Shown here: positions 47,405-57,308 of the stretch, piece after piece | Layout of the letters: every line of letters begins with the position of its first letter | Position numbering within the stretch: position 1 is the first letter of the stretch | Source of the DNA: Armatimonadota bacterium | GTDB taxonomy: Bacteria; Armatimonadota; HRBIN16 | Assembly: GCA_963677485.1 (NCBI GenBank) | Contig: OY781964.1 | Coordinates: 800,001-864,000, forward strand | DNA length: 64,000 nucleotides | Direction: 5' to 3' | The notes under the pieces: generated by a model | Seen by the model: the letters and a program-made list of their open reading frames with translations, nothing else | Told to the model about the DNA's origin: nothing | The model's database searches: none | Made by a program: the position numbers and the translations under genes

Positions 47405-47443
47405 ATAGAGCCCGCAACTTCAGTAGTTGCGGGCTCTATCTTT
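47405..47443. terminator. Bidirectional stem-loop terminator
   Basis: ATAGAGCCCGCAACT / AGTTGCGGGCTCTAT between convergent genes. Confidence 0.7.
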
Positions 47444-47464
47444 AATTGCATGATGCCATTATGA

Positions 47465-48160
47465 CTAGTTATTGGCGATGTTGGGCCCTTTCGGGTTGCT
47501 GGAAAACTCCTCTGCCCCAATTGGAACAAAACGTGGCTCATTCTTCAGTTTCAGTATTTCTGACTCCAAAACACCCAAAGCCGCACGTAATCGGTCTTCA
47601 TACACATGCAACTCTAGCAACCGCAGTTTGACCGATGGGTCTACCTGAGCTACAGCACACATGGTGTTGGCCAATGCCCGGGCACTCCGGGGCAGTGCCA
47701 TTTGCAGGTCTAGCTCAGGATTTTTCATTAGCAGCCTGAGATAGTCTTCTAGTCGCTTACTGGCGACCCCTATGATTCGGGTGTCCGTCATGGCGTCTTC
47801 TCTGCTGAACTCAGGAAACAGCATCGTCTCAGCAACCAGGTACGGTTGCTCGCGTGTAATCCGAAGCACTCTGAATGACTGCTCACCTGTTACCCAGAGG
47901 CGCGCTTTGCCCTCCGGCAGGTTTTCCATAGAGGTGATACGTACTTTACATCCCCATACAGAGATGTCATATGCAGGTAAACCGCGTTCCTGTGGGTGAT
48001 TTAAAACAATGCCAAGACGAAGATCTTCGTCTACGACATCCTCTATTAGCTTGCGACTGTTAAGATCGCTTATATCTACCACCAGTGGCATACCCGGAAA
48101 TGTAATATCAGAATATGGTAATATCGGCAGCGTTGTGTAAGCCTGCATGGTTACTATCAT
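47465..48160 (-). CDS. LON peptidase N-terminal (substrate-binding) domain protein
   Basis: Motifs LPILP...FPGMPL, LPEGK..L.VTGEQSFRV..I...PY and K..LLE. Confidence 0.75.
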   Translation of the reverse strand: MIVTMQAYTTLPILPYSDITFPGMPLVVDISDLNSRKLIEDVVDEDLRLGIVLNHPQERGLPAYDISVWGCKVRITSMENLPEGKARLWVTGEQSFRVLRITREQPYLVAETMLFPEFSREDAMTDTRIIGVASKRLEDYLRLLMKNPELDLQMALPRSARALANTMCAVAQVDPSVKLRLLELHVYEDRLRAALGVLESEILKLKNEPRFVPIGAEEFSSNPKGPNIANN

Positions 48161-48306
48161 TCCACCTTATTTGCCCTCATGGGCTGTACATCACACTGAA
48201 TATACCCGGTTTTAGCATGATAGAGCAACGCTATATGCGCTTTTGGACGTATAATTGAGGTAAGTGCTCAAAGATTACACTCATGCACTGATTTAGGAGC
48301 TTAATA

Positions 48307-49089
48307 ATGAATGGAAATAAAACCCGGGTCTTGATCTGGGACGAAAATCCGCCTCATGCGAATAAGGCATTATATCCCAACAGTCTACGTGGAGCCATCG
48401 CTGACGGTCTGCAGAAAATGAACACTACAGACCGGCTCGACATCAAGGTGGCTCATCTTGATGAACCAGACCAGGGATGCCCTCAAGCGTTGCTAGACGA
48501 GACCGACGTATTGCTATGGTGGGGACACGCCCGTCATGCAGAGGTTGATGATGCGGTTGTAGAGCGCATCAAGGAACGTGTGCATCACGGCGGTATGGGA
48601 CTGATCGCCCTACACAGTGCTCACTACAGTAAAGTGTTCAAATCTGTCATGAACTGCACAGGTCACCTCAAAGGCGGCTGGCGCGAGGATAACAGCCCTG
48701 AGCGTATTTTTGTGTGCGCCTCAAACCACCCCATCGCATATGGTCTGCGCGACTTCACCCTGCGCGAAGAAGAGATGTATGGCGCACCGTTTGATGTACC
48801 GCCAGCAGAAACCATCGTTCTCCAGAGCTTTTACCCGGCCGGTGGGGAATATTTCCCAAGCGGTATCTGCTGGACAGCAGGCGACGGGATTGACCCCGAC
48901 TTCACAAGCGGTCCAGGACGCGGCGTTGGGAAGGGAGAAGGTATAGCCAGAGTGTTTTACTTCCGCCCGGGTCACGAAGGCAACCCCACCTACCACAATA
49001 CCGCCGTACGACGCGTGATATACAACGCCGTGCTTTGGTGCGCGCACGAAAACACCAGTAACCACCACCACGATAGCAACAGCAGTTAA
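48307..49089 (+). CDS. ThuA-like (trehalose utilisation) domain protein
   Basis: Motifs DVLLWWGH, LHSAHYSK, EEMYG.PFDVP and FYFRPGHE. Confidence 0.85.
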   Translation: MNGNKTRVLIWDENPPHANKALYPNSLRGAIADGLQKMNTTDRLDIKVAHLDEPDQGCPQALLDETDVLLWWGHARHAEVDDAVVERIKERVHHGGMGLIALHSAHYSKVFKSVMNCTGHLKGGWREDNSPERIFVCASNHPIAYGLRDFTLREEEMYGAPFDVPPAETIVLQSFYPAGGEYFPSGICWTAGDGIDPDFTSGPGRGVGKGEGIARVFYFRPGHEGNPTYHNTAVRRVIYNAVLWCAHENTSNHHHDSNSS

Positions 49090-49236
49090 CGTGTGTTTTA
49101 GTCCAGCCATGTGCGGCGCTCGGAATCCAAAACCGCATATGGCTGGATACATAGCGCTATCATTACGAGCCCCAATGATCCGCTGCGTGAGTGCCGTTCA
49201 CGCATGACTTGCCACACATACGGTACCATATAGTTA

Positions 49237-51136
49237 TGAGTGCTTCTAATAAAACAGGTGTTATACTCCCCCTCATCAACAGCCCGGCAGACATAAAGCG
49301 TCTCGCCCTGAGCAATCTCAAGCCCCTGGCGGCGGAATTGCGAGAGTTCATCATAGGAACTGTCAGTCTGACCGGTGGGCATCTCGCCTCGAACCTGGGC
49401 ACGGTAGAGCTGACCCTGGCACTGCACCGCGTATACAACACACCCATCGACAAAATACTTTGGGATACTGGCCACCAGGCTTATGCACACAAAATTATCA
49501 CCGGGCGGCGTGATGTGTTCGCGACACTGCGCCAGTACCGAGGTATCGCCGGCTTCTTGCGGCGCGAGGAGAGCGAATATGACTGCTGGGGTGCGGGCCA
49601 TGCAGGCACCGCAATTTCCGCGGCACTCGGATTTGCATCGGCGAGAGATATCCTGGGCGGACACGAGAACGTCGTAGCCGTTGTGGGTGACGCAGGTATC
49701 TCCAACGGCATGTCGCTGGAGGCACTGAACCACGCAGGCGACCTGCAAACAAATATGACGGTCATTCTGAATGACAACAAGATGTCCATCGCCCGCAACG
49801 TAGGGGCACTCGCGCAGATGCTCACACGCCTCCGCAGTAAGCCGTGGTATCAAGAAGCGGAAGAGGCGGCCTCTGGTGTGATGCTGCGCCTTCCTGGCGA
49901 TGCCAAGCACGTCGCCAAACAGGCCAGTAAGGGCCTCAAGCGGGGAATCACCCACTACATCGCTCCTGAGAACACCGGTGCCATGTTTGAAGAGATGGGC
50001 TTCAGCTATCTTGGCCCTATTGACGGCCATAATACCGAATTGCTGATTGATGTGTTGACTGACGCCAAACAGCTTAGAGGGCCGGTGCTCATACATATCA
50101 TCACCACGAAGGGCAAAGGATATGCCCCATCCGAAGACAACGCACGGAGCTATCATGGGGTGCCGCCATTCTGTGTAGATGATGGCAAGATGAAAAGAGC
50201 CCCTCAGAAGGCGCTAGCTTTACGAGTGTTTTTTCAGATGCGATGCTCGAACTGGCCAACGAAGTGCCCAATATGGTTGCTCTGACGGCTGCGATGCCTG
50301 ATGGTACCGGATTGACCGCATTCGCTAGCAAGTATCCCAAGCGGTTATTCGATGTCGGTATTGCAGAAGAGCACGGAGTCTGTTTTGCGGCCGGTCTCGC
50401 CGCTAACGGAATGGTCCCTGTGTTTGCGGTGTATAGCAGCTTCATGCAGCGCTCATATGACCAGCTTCTCCATGATATCTGTATCCAGAATCTACACGCG
50501 GTGATCGCACTGGACCGCGCTGGACTGGTAGGTGATGACGGCCCGACACACCATGGTGCGTTTGACATTGCCGTTCTTCGAACCATACCAAATCTGACCG
50601 TGCTGGCCCCTTCGGATGGCACTGAACTTCGGGCGATGCTGAGATGGGCTGTGATGGAGTGCAAAGGGCCTGTCACCATAAGATACCCTCGCGCGGGGGC
50701 TGGTCAGCTACTGCACACTAATATGGATATCCCTCGGGCTGAAATACTCAGGCAGGGCAATGATATCTGTCTGCTGGCGATAGGCAGCATGGTCAGTGCT
50801 GCGATGGGCGCCGCACTGCGGCTTTCAGAGCTAGGGATTGAAGCGTCTGTGATTAATGCCAGGGCTGTTAAGCCTCTAGATAGTGCCACCATACTGCCGG
50901 TACTCGCACAAAGCCGACAAGCTTTGATCATTGAGGAAGGCTGCTCCTGCGGAGGCTTCAGCTCCGCTGTTCTTGAGGCACTGTGTGATGCCGACATTAC
51001 CGACGTACACATCAAACGCCTGAACCTGCAAGACCAGTATGTAACCCACGGCCCTAGATCGGTACTGCTAGAGGATTGCAGACTGAGTATTGAGGCCATC
51101 ACCACCCAAGCCGTCGGAATGCTGGCTCAAGCTTAA
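49237..51136 (+). CDS. dxs: 1-deoxy-D-xylulose-5-phosphate synthase, split by a single-base frameshift near 50195
   Basis: N-terminal part: GGHLASNLG, WDTGHQAY.HKI, GD..N, GPIDGH, KGKGY. C-terminal part: DVGIAEEH, YSSFMQR, DRAGLVGDDGPTH. Adding one A to AAAA at 50193-50196 joins the two ORFs. Confidence 0.88.
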
Positions 51137-51195
51137 ACGCGTTGCGGTGCGGCTGATTAGTTGCGCTATGTGATCCGCATTTCCGGACAGGGATA

Positions 51196-52638
51196 TCAGT
51201 CTAATAGTGGACTGTTAATGCTTTCTCTATACAGTCCTCCGGTGGCGATGTCCCTGTCTGTGGTAGTGCAAGGCATAAAACTCGGCATCTGTGCATTGAT
51301 ACGGTTAATGTAAGCAGGCATGTTGAACTTCGCTTCCAAACCGCGCTGGGTCATTGGCCGCACGGAACCGAATATCGATCGCTTGAACCAGGGGCGATCA
51401 TGAAGACCGAAACACCATCCAATCCCTGCGTAGCCATTAGGATCACGGCCATCAAGACTGTACTTATCGTTCCATTCGATGGCCCACTCATACGCCTGTT
51501 CGGGTGAAATGCACCATGCGATCAACTGTTTCACCCAGTACATCCGCATATAGCCATGCATTTTCCCCAAATGGATCATTTCTCTCATCGCGGCGTTCCA
51601 GTTTGGGTCATTGGTTTCGGCATTCTCAAGCTGTTCATGTGTGTAACTGACTTCTCTTGGGTCATTTGAATGTTCATCCAGCGTACGGCGGCACCATTCT
51701 GGCAGGCCCTCCCATTTGTCGTAGTCCGGCTGGTGGAGCACGTAGTTAACAGCCAGCTCTCTCCTGATGATCAGCTGCTCCACGAAAGCATCAACACCTG
51801 CGCCTTCTGCTCCCGATTCGGTCAGATGATGCAAAATATCACGGCTGGATATCTGCCCAAAATGCAGGTAGGGCGACAGATTGGACTGCCTGTCTTCACC
51901 CGGATCGTTACGTAGCTCATGGTAGCTCTCCAGATAGTTGCTGATGAAATGGTGCAAATGCTGCAGTGCATGACAGTATCCTCCCTGCATGCCCACCACA
52001 GGTGCCACCGACGCATCCAGCGACAAGCTGGCAAGCAGGCCGGGCAGGTCATCCAGCGGTTCCGTGTGCTCATCCCACTCATGGAGTTGTGCCTTTACCT
52101 CGCCTTGAGGATGCTCGCACGGCACCAAAACCATTTGGGTCTTGATCTTCGGACGAATGGTCGCTGCGGACCATTCTTGTTTCTTTGTGATTTGATCGTA
52201 TGGAACGGGAGACTCCGTGCAGCATTGTATGACCGTAGCGTTAAGCTGCCGGCTCAGCACCTTGCGCCACGCCCTCTGGTGTCTGAGATAGCCATCATCT
52301 ACAACCACTAGTGCCGCACGTTGGCTCAACCGTAGAGCCAGCTCCAGAGGGTCCGCAATCTGAACACACACGGTGGCACCCAATTCCTTCAACTCGTCAA
52401 CAACGGTCTGCAGAGATTGAAGCATAAAGCTCATGTTCCTGAGGTTGGATCCAGGGTAATCTGTACAGATACCAAAACAGACCACCAAAGGAAGTTGCCG
52501 TTCGAGGGCTGAGGCCATCGCAAGAACCAGGGCGGGGTTATCCTGTGTCCGTTGTGCTTGCTGCATCCAGTACAGCACATACTCACCCTTACCGCTGCGG
52601 TGCAGATTCCGTGACAACATCAGTTCCACCCCATGCAC
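51196..52638 (-). CDS. phr: Class II CPD photolyase
   Basis: Motifs VLYWM...QR..DNPAL, LSPYLHFGQIS, GKMHGYMRMYW.K and LDGRDPNGYAG. Confidence 0.9.
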   Translation of the reverse strand: MHGVELMLSRNLHRSGKGEYVLYWMQQAQRTQDNPALVLAMASALERQLPLVVCFGICTDYPGSNLRNMSFMLQSLQTVVDELKELGATVCVQIADPLELALRLSQRAALVVVDDGYLRHQRAWRKVLSRQLNATVIQCCTESPVPYDQITKKQEWSAATIRPKIKTQMVLVPCEHPQGEVKAQLHEWDEHTEPLDDLPGLLASLSLDASVAPVVGMQGGYCHALQHLHHFISNYLESYHELRNDPGEDRQSNLSPYLHFGQISSRDILHHLTESGAEGAGVDAFVEQLIIRRELAVNYVLHQPDYDKWEGLPEWCRRTLDEHSNDPREVSYTHEQLENAETNDPNWNAAMREMIHLGKMHGYMRMYWVKQLIAWCISPEQAYEWAIEWNDKYSLDGRDPNGYAGIGWCFGLHDRPWFKRSIFGSVRPMTQRGLEAKFNMPAYINRINAQMPSFMPCTTTDRDIATGGLYRESINSPLLD

Positions 52639-52714
52639 ATATTCATCATCTAGAGTATGGCTGATATCAGCACCAGTCTGTGCGCATTTTTACACACCTG
52701 TCCCAGTTGGTTGC

Positions 52715-53070
52715 TTGAACCACAGATTCATCGGATTTCACGGATGGTGAAGTGGTCCGTCACCACCCTTCGCGTCTTCGCGTGAGCCATTCCGTATCTG
52801 CGTCCATTCGCGTTCATCCGCGGTTAGGAAATTCCTTCGTGCCAATCGCTGTCCGCAATGGAGAAAGACCGGCGCGGTCTTGAGCCCTCTGCCACCGATA
52901 GACAACCGCCAGACCGCCCCGGACATAGGCATGAAGGCTGCGGTGCTCCGTCCAGTGATTTCGTTTGAACCACAGATTTCACGAAGATATAGGTTACCCG
53001 GACACACACTTCGTGCCTTCGCGTGAGCCAATTCCGTATCTGCGTCCATTCGCGTTCATCCGCGGTTCAG
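52715..53070. repeat. Two ~105-110-bp AACCACAGAT...ATCCGCGGTT units flanking a partial nested-palindrome element (52867-52930)
   Basis: TTGAACCACAGATT...CGTGAGCCA(A)TTCCGTATCTGCGTCCATTCGCGTTCATCCGCGGTT occurs twice, with the same core as 18530-18856. Confidence 0.8.
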
Positions 53071-53180
53071 ACAACAACCCAGCGGCTCAGCCGTTCCGTT
53101 TCGACAGATCGTACGGATCGGGCGGATACCCGCCTGTTCTGCTGTTCTCCTCCGCTCCTTTCTCCTTCCCCGATGCTCCC

Positions 53181-53209
53181 TTGACAAATACCCCCACCTT
53201 GCGTATACT
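53181..53209 (+). promoter_or_regulatory. Sigma70-type promoter of the tRNA operon
   Basis: TTGACA-17 nt-TATACT, about 30 nt upstream of tRNA-Glu. Confidence 0.85.
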
Positions 53210-53241
53210 ATTTCTTGCAAGTCGGTTACGACTTAGATCGC

Positions 53242-53316
53242 GGGGCTATCGTTCAGCGGCTAGGACGACGGGTTTTCAGCCCGTAGACCGGGGTTCGATT
53301 CCCCGTAGCCCTACCA
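53242..53316 (+). tRNA. tRNA-Glu(TTC)
   Basis: Acceptor GGGGCTA/TAGCCCT, anticodon arm ACGGG-TTTTCAG-CCCGT, GTTCGA, encoded CCA. Confidence 0.92.
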
Positions 53317-53323
53317 CCATTAT

Positions 53324-53408
53324 GCCCGGGTGGCGAAATTGGTAGACGCGCACGCTTGAGGGGCGTGTACCGCAAGGTATACGGGTTCAAGTCCCGTCTC
53401 GGGCACCA
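53324..53408 (+). tRNA. tRNA-Leu(GAG)
   Basis: Anticodon arm CACGC-TTGAGGG-GCGTG, long variable arm TACC-GCAA-GGTA, GTTCAA, CCA. Confidence 0.93.
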
Positions 53409-53428
53409 TTCCCTTCCCCTCAAATCTC

Positions 53429-53503
53429 GGGCGATTAGCTCAGTGGTAGAGCGCTTCGTTCACACCGAAGAGGTCACTGGTTCGAGACCAGTATCGCCCA
53501 CCA
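53429..53503 (+). tRNA. tRNA-Val(CAC)
   Basis: Acceptor GGGCGAT/ATCGCCC, anticodon arm CTTCG-TTCACAC-CGAAG, GTTCGA, CCA. Confidence 0.93.
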
Positions 53504-53599
53504 TCTCCTCCCTTCGATTCAAAAGACCGAGATTAGCAGTTAACCCCAGTGTGTGATATCATGCCAGAAACAGCACACATACGAGGTTAACATACGCTC

Positions 53600-55360
53600 A
53601 TGATTTCCAAGCAGAATCCAAAACCAGTACCCGATAAACTGGTCGTCCTTACGTTTGATGACGCCGTCAGTAACCACGCCACATATGTCGCACCCATGTT
53701 AGTCCAGTTAGGATTTGGGGCGACCTTTTTTGTTTGTGAGTTCCCCGGATTTGAAAACAAAAAGCAATACATGACCTGGGAGCAGATGGCTTCACTGCAC
53801 ACCATGGGTTTTGAAGTGGCCAACCACACTCTTAGCCACGGCACGTTGAGTCAGCTCTCCCCCAACGAACAATGCGCGCAGATATCTGAGCTTGAGGTCA
53901 GATGCCGGCGTTACGGCATCCCCGTGCCTGAGACGTTCGCCTACCCGGGCTGCGGCTCCGCGCCTGAGACGGTGGCCATGCTGCCGTTGAAGGGCTACAC
54001 TCTGGCGAGAGCTTGCGGCGACAAGGCATGTAATCCGCTGACCGATGACCCGCTTCAAATCCCCAGCTTTGGAGTCAATGGCACAGACCGCAATGTGTTC
54101 ATCAACGCCTGTCAGCAAGCCAAAAACGGCCAGGTCGCGGTGTTGATGTTCCACGGGGTGCCAGATGTGGAGCACCCCTGGGTTGACACTCAACAGCCGC
54201 TTTTCCATGAGCATATGGAATACCTCAAACGCAACGGCTACCACGTGATCTCTTTCAAGCAACTGGCTGACTACTTCCCTCCAGAAAAGCTCGCCACCGC
54301 TCGTAAAGTCAGACAGGCCTACCGCCCTAAAGCACTGTGGAAGGGCTCCAAAATCAACGCGGAGCAGCTCTTTTTCATACAGAAAAAAGGAGATGCCACC
54401 GCATCAGCGAAACTGCTATTCTCCCCAACCAGCCTGGAGATTATCACCAGTGCCGACGGCAAAGTGCAATACGCCGATGGCAAAGACTATGTGTGGCATG
54501 CTGGTAACCAGACCATCACATTGACGCCGAAGAGCCGTATCCCGTTTAAGACCGAAGCGCAGATGTATCCGCCCAAGGCTTCTCCGCAGTCAATAGAGCA
54601 GGGCAGAGGCGGAGACCATGCTCTCTTCTTTGGAGAAGGCACTCTATACCACAGCCTGCAGTCCGTCGCCACATACCAGCACAGCAAGCTCTGGAGCGGT
54701 TTCAAGCCCGTCAGCGAGCTGAACCTGTTGCCCCACACCTCGTCTGTGCTTAACGGCCGACGCAAGCTGATGATATCTCTGCTGGGTGACAGCATCAGCA
54801 CGGGAGCAAACGCCACAGGATGCACATTCATCGAGCCCTATCAGCCCTTCTACATGAACCTTTGTGCCGATGAACTCCGCACGAAATTCAAGACAGACGT
54901 GGCGGTATGGAACCACTCCGTGGGAGGCATGACCTCCGATTGGGGTGTCACACAGACAGACGCCGTGATTGCGGACAACCCGGACCTGTGCCTTATCGCC
55001 TTCGGTATGAACGATGCCTGGAGTTTTGATGCTCCACACTATGCAGACAACATCAGCAAAATGATGAGCGCAATCAAGGCGAAATGCCCGCATACGGAGT
55101 TCATATTGATATCAGGCATGTTACCGAACCCCGAATGGATGCCAGACAACGCGTTGGCGCGCTTTGACGCCTACAAGCAGGCTTTGAAGGCCATGCGAGG
55201 CCGTGGAGTGGCCATGGCGGATGTAAGCTCCCTGTGGCGAGATGTGGCCAAGATCAAGGGGTTCGCCAGCCTGACTGGCAATGGGGTGAACCACCCCAAC
55301 GACTTCGGTCACCGCATATATGCCCAAACCATCCTCGGATGCCTCGGCATCGAAATCTAG
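53600..55360 (+). CDS. Polysaccharide deacetylase (NodB) - SGNH/GDSL hydrolase fusion (paralogue 1)
   Basis: Deacetylase motifs LTFDD, NHT.SH, FAYP, FHGV; then GDSIS, FGMND and NHPND.GH. Confidence 0.85.
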   Translation: MISKQNPKPVPDKLVVLTFDDAVSNHATYVAPMLVQLGFGATFFVCEFPGFENKKQYMTWEQMASLHTMGFEVANHTLSHGTLSQLSPNEQCAQISELEVRCRRYGIPVPETFAYPGCGSAPETVAMLPLKGYTLARACGDKACNPLTDDPLQIPSFGVNGTDRNVFINACQQAKNGQVAVLMFHGVPDVEHPWVDTQQPLFHEHMEYLKRNGYHVISFKQLADYFPPEKLATARKVRQAYRPKALWKGSKINAEQLFFIQKKGDATASAKLLFSPTSLEIITSADGKVQYADGKDYVWHAGNQTITLTPKSRIPFKTEAQMYPPKASPQSIEQGRGGDHALFFGEGTLYHSLQSVATYQHSKLWSGFKPVSELNLLPHTSSVLNGRRKLMISLLGDSISTGANATGCTFIEPYQPFYMNLCADELRTKFKTDVAVWNHSVGGMTSDWGVTQTDAVIADNPDLCLIAFGMNDAWSFDAPHYADNISKMMSAIKAKCPHTEFILISGMLPNPEWMPDNALARFDAYKQALKAMRGRGVAMADVSSLWRDVAKIKGFASLTGNGVNHPNDFGHRIYAQTILGCLGIEI

Positions 55361-55472
55361 ATGACACCCTGGCCGGTGCAGCTTCACCCTGCACCGGCTC
55401 CGGCATTCCCAGCAAACTAAGAAATCACACACCCTGTGATTGACGTGTAGATGAGGTTTTAACAAAAAGACA

Positions 55473-57236
55473 ATGAATCGAAAGCAAACACATAAGCCGG
55501 TCTCACCCAAACTCGTTGTGCTCACCTTTGACGATGCCGCGCGCAGCCACGCCACATTTGTCGCACCCTTGTTGAAAAAGCTGGGGTTCACCGCAACATT
55601 CTTCGTGGGCGAGTTCCCAGGGTTCGAGAACAAGAAGCACTACATGAGCTGGGAACAGATCGCATCACTTCACCAAATGGGCTTTGAGATAGGCAACCAC
55701 ACCCAAAACCACCCCGACCTCAGGCAGCTCGATGCCAATCATCAGCATTCCGAGGTCATGGTCATTGAGCAACGATGTCGGCAGTATGGTATCCCTGTTC
55801 CTGAGACATTCGCATATCCGGGCTGCATCACCACACCAGAAATACTGACGATGCTGCCTAAAAAGGGGTATAAACTGGCCCGTGTATGCGGAGGACAGGC
55901 GTGCAATCCCAGCACCGCCAACCCGATGCAGGTGCCAGCCCTCACACCAGGCGGCGATCTCAACTCGTTCATAGATATGTTGAAGCAGGCAGCTCCGGGT
56001 GAAATTTCTGTATTCATTTTCCATGGTGTGCCAGATGATGCCCATCCAGAATGCACGGTACCGCCTGAGCTATTCTCCGAATATATGAATTATCTGAAAA
56101 AGAACCGATATAAGACGATCACTATGCGGGAGTTAGCGGACTACTTCCCCCCCAGCCAGATTGGACCAGCTCAGATTGCGAAAGAGCTGTACCGCCCAGT
56201 TTCATTGCGCAAGGGCATACAGGTTTTCCGCGAGGGATTGATGTTTGTGGAAACACAGGAAGGTCAGCCAGCCAGCGCAAAACTGCTGTTTCGGCCCTCG
56301 ACAGATTTAGAGCTATTCAGTGCTGATGAACTCACACTGTATGAAGCCGGGCGGGACTATATCTGGCATCCGAATGATCGCACCCTCACACTCACTCCAA
56401 AATCCCGCATCCCCTTCCTGACGCTCAAGCAGCAGCGTCCAGAGCGTGACTCACCTAACTCCTACGCTCAGTTCCGGGGCGGCAGTCACGCGCTTCTATA
56501 TTCTGGCGGCAGCTATTTCCATGAGCGGCAGCTCATAGCCAACTATAAACACAGGGATGCCTGGCGGGGTTTTCGCCAGAGCAGCGAAACCAGCTTGCTG
56601 CCTGCCTCGCTGAACAAGCTGCGGTCAGGGAAACCTCTGCGCGTATCACTGTTGGGCGACAGCATCAGCACCGGTGATAACGCCAGTGGAAAGACGGCGA
56701 TTGCGCCCTATCAGCCCTTCTACATGGATCTCGTCGTTGAGGAGTTACGCAGACACTTTGGCTCAGACATCCCTTTTAACAACCGCAGCGTTGGTGGAAT
56801 GTCGTCCGACTGGGGCATCACGCAGATAGATACCGTCGCGGCTGACAAGCCAGAACTCTGCTTGATCGCATTCGGCATGAACGACATCTGGGGGTTTACA
56901 CCCGATCAGTATGCTGAGCACATCCGCACGATCATGGCGGGCATCAAGGCGAAATGTCCAAAAGTGGAGTTCTTGTTGGTCGCGGGCATGCTGCCCAACC
57001 CGGAATGGGTAAGTGCAGAAAATGAAGCCAAATTCCCACAATATCTCAAGAAGTTGCAGTCGATGCGCGCCCGCGGTGTCGCAGTGGCCGAAGTCGGCTC
57101 CTTATGGCATGATGTCTATCTGCTCAAGGGGTTCATGAGCCTTACTGGTAATGGCTTGAACCACCCGAATGACTATGGTCACCGCCTGTATGCACAGGTG
57201 ATTCTGGCCAGTCTTGGAGTTGAGATATTTGCGTAA
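55473..57236 (+). CDS. Polysaccharide deacetylase (NodB) - SGNH/GDSL hydrolase fusion (paralogue 2)
   Basis: Same motifs and length as paralogue 1; colinear with it throughout. Confidence 0.85.
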   Translation: MNRKQTHKPVSPKLVVLTFDDAARSHATFVAPLLKKLGFTATFFVGEFPGFENKKHYMSWEQIASLHQMGFEIGNHTQNHPDLRQLDANHQHSEVMVIEQRCRQYGIPVPETFAYPGCITTPEILTMLPKKGYKLARVCGGQACNPSTANPMQVPALTPGGDLNSFIDMLKQAAPGEISVFIFHGVPDDAHPECTVPPELFSEYMNYLKKNRYKTITMRELADYFPPSQIGPAQIAKELYRPVSLRKGIQVFREGLMFVETQEGQPASAKLLFRPSTDLELFSADELTLYEAGRDYIWHPNDRTLTLTPKSRIPFLTLKQQRPERDSPNSYAQFRGGSHALLYSGGSYFHERQLIANYKHRDAWRGFRQSSETSLLPASLNKLRSGKPLRVSLLGDSISTGDNASGKTAIAPYQPFYMDLVVEELRRHFGSDIPFNNRSVGGMSSDWGITQIDTVAADKPELCLIAFGMNDIWGFTPDQYAEHIRTIMAGIKAKCPKVEFLLVAGMLPNPEWVSAENEAKFPQYLKKLQSMRARGVAVAEVGSLWHDVYLLKGFMSLTGNGLNHPNDYGHRLYAQVILASLGVEIFA

Positions 57237-57240
57237 TAAC

Positions 57241-57268
57241 AAAAGGGGCGACAGCAAGTCGCCCCTTT
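57241..57268. terminator. Bidirectional intrinsic terminator
   Basis: AAAAGGGGCGAC-AGCAA-GTCGCCCCTTT. Confidence 0.75.
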
Positions 57269-57308
57269 CAAACCAGGTTCACCACAAAAAGCGGTTCTTT
57301 CCCTCAAA

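Noticed and set aside
50190-50200. Programmed -1 frameshift in dxs
   Set aside because: GAAAAG is not a canonical X XXY YYZ slippery heptamer, and no convincing downstream stimulator is seen.
53429-57300. Genomic island integrated at the tRNA cluster
   Set aside because: No integrase and no duplicated tRNA 3' end was found in the window.
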